64,000 nucleotides of DNA from Acidobacteriota bacterium (lineage in GTDB: Bacteria > Acidobacteriota > Vicinamibacteria > Vicinamibacterales > UBA2999). The notes under the pieces are model-generated. The model was not told the origin of the DNA, made no database searches, and saw nothing but the letters and a program-made list of their open reading frames with translations. Positions 63,906-64,000 of the stretch are shown here, piece by piece. Position numbers and translations under genes: made by a program. The stretch is taken from the NCBI GenBank assembly GCA_030650395.1, contig JAUSDY010000104.1:57071-121070 (forward strand), given 5' to 3'. Positions within the stretch are counted from its first letter, which is position 1; each line of letters starts with the position of its first letter.

Positions 63906-64000
63906 CTGATGAGTATATTTGACTCATTACATGTAGTCAATATGACTCAACCGGCCGGATCCCGCCCCCGCCGAGTAGAATCCATCCGTATGCCCAAGTC

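Overview
This is a high-G+C bacterial chromosomal segment that looks Acidobacteriota-like, based on an ADOP-type duplicated FtsX permease and many REP-like palindrome and tandem-repeat families; I could not run a taxonomic search. Most of the window is tightly packed core metabolism:
- purH, a cold-shock gene and selA.
- A 12-gene nuo cluster (nuoA-B-C-[SIS gene]-D-EF-H-J-K-L-M-N) with a NuoE-NuoF fusion, an embedded GmhA/DiaA-like SIS gene, and no nuoG or nuoI.
- A PDZ/polytopic/GAF Ser/Thr kinase, an lhr-nei operon, yajQ, a pseudouridine synthase and mgtE.
- An SDR, an M20 amidase and a quinohemoprotein PQQ dehydrogenase.
- sdhCAB, PBP1A, osmC, a truncated globin, proline dehydrogenase, an MFS transporter and a glycosyltransferase.
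- A complete lysW-X-Y-Z-J-K amino-carrier-protein cluster and an M20 peptidase.
- Two type II toxin-antitoxin pairs: MazF-like at the left edge and VapBC at the right edge.

The best candidate for an undescribed system is a visibly lower-G+C, same-strand, translationally coupled operon at about 36.9-39.4 kb, between a TPR-like gene and sdhB. It encodes:
- a split small helical ORF;
- a membrane-anchored coiled-coil protein;
- a 231-aa orphan protein;
- a protein with a DUF5678-like C-terminal domain;
- a retropepsin-like protein whose active-site motif reads DTA instead of DTG.

The second theme is a dense population of short repeat families. Several are inserted in frame into conserved genes (purH, the kinase, lhr, the glycosyltransferase, the nuoM tail). 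One pair forms about 60-bp inverted repeats around a GxxExxY (PD-(D/E)XK-like) gene, giving a cassette-like unit. No rRNA, tRNA, CRISPR array, integrase or transposase was recognised. All calls come from reading the ORF translations and the DNA by eye; no searches or computations were run.
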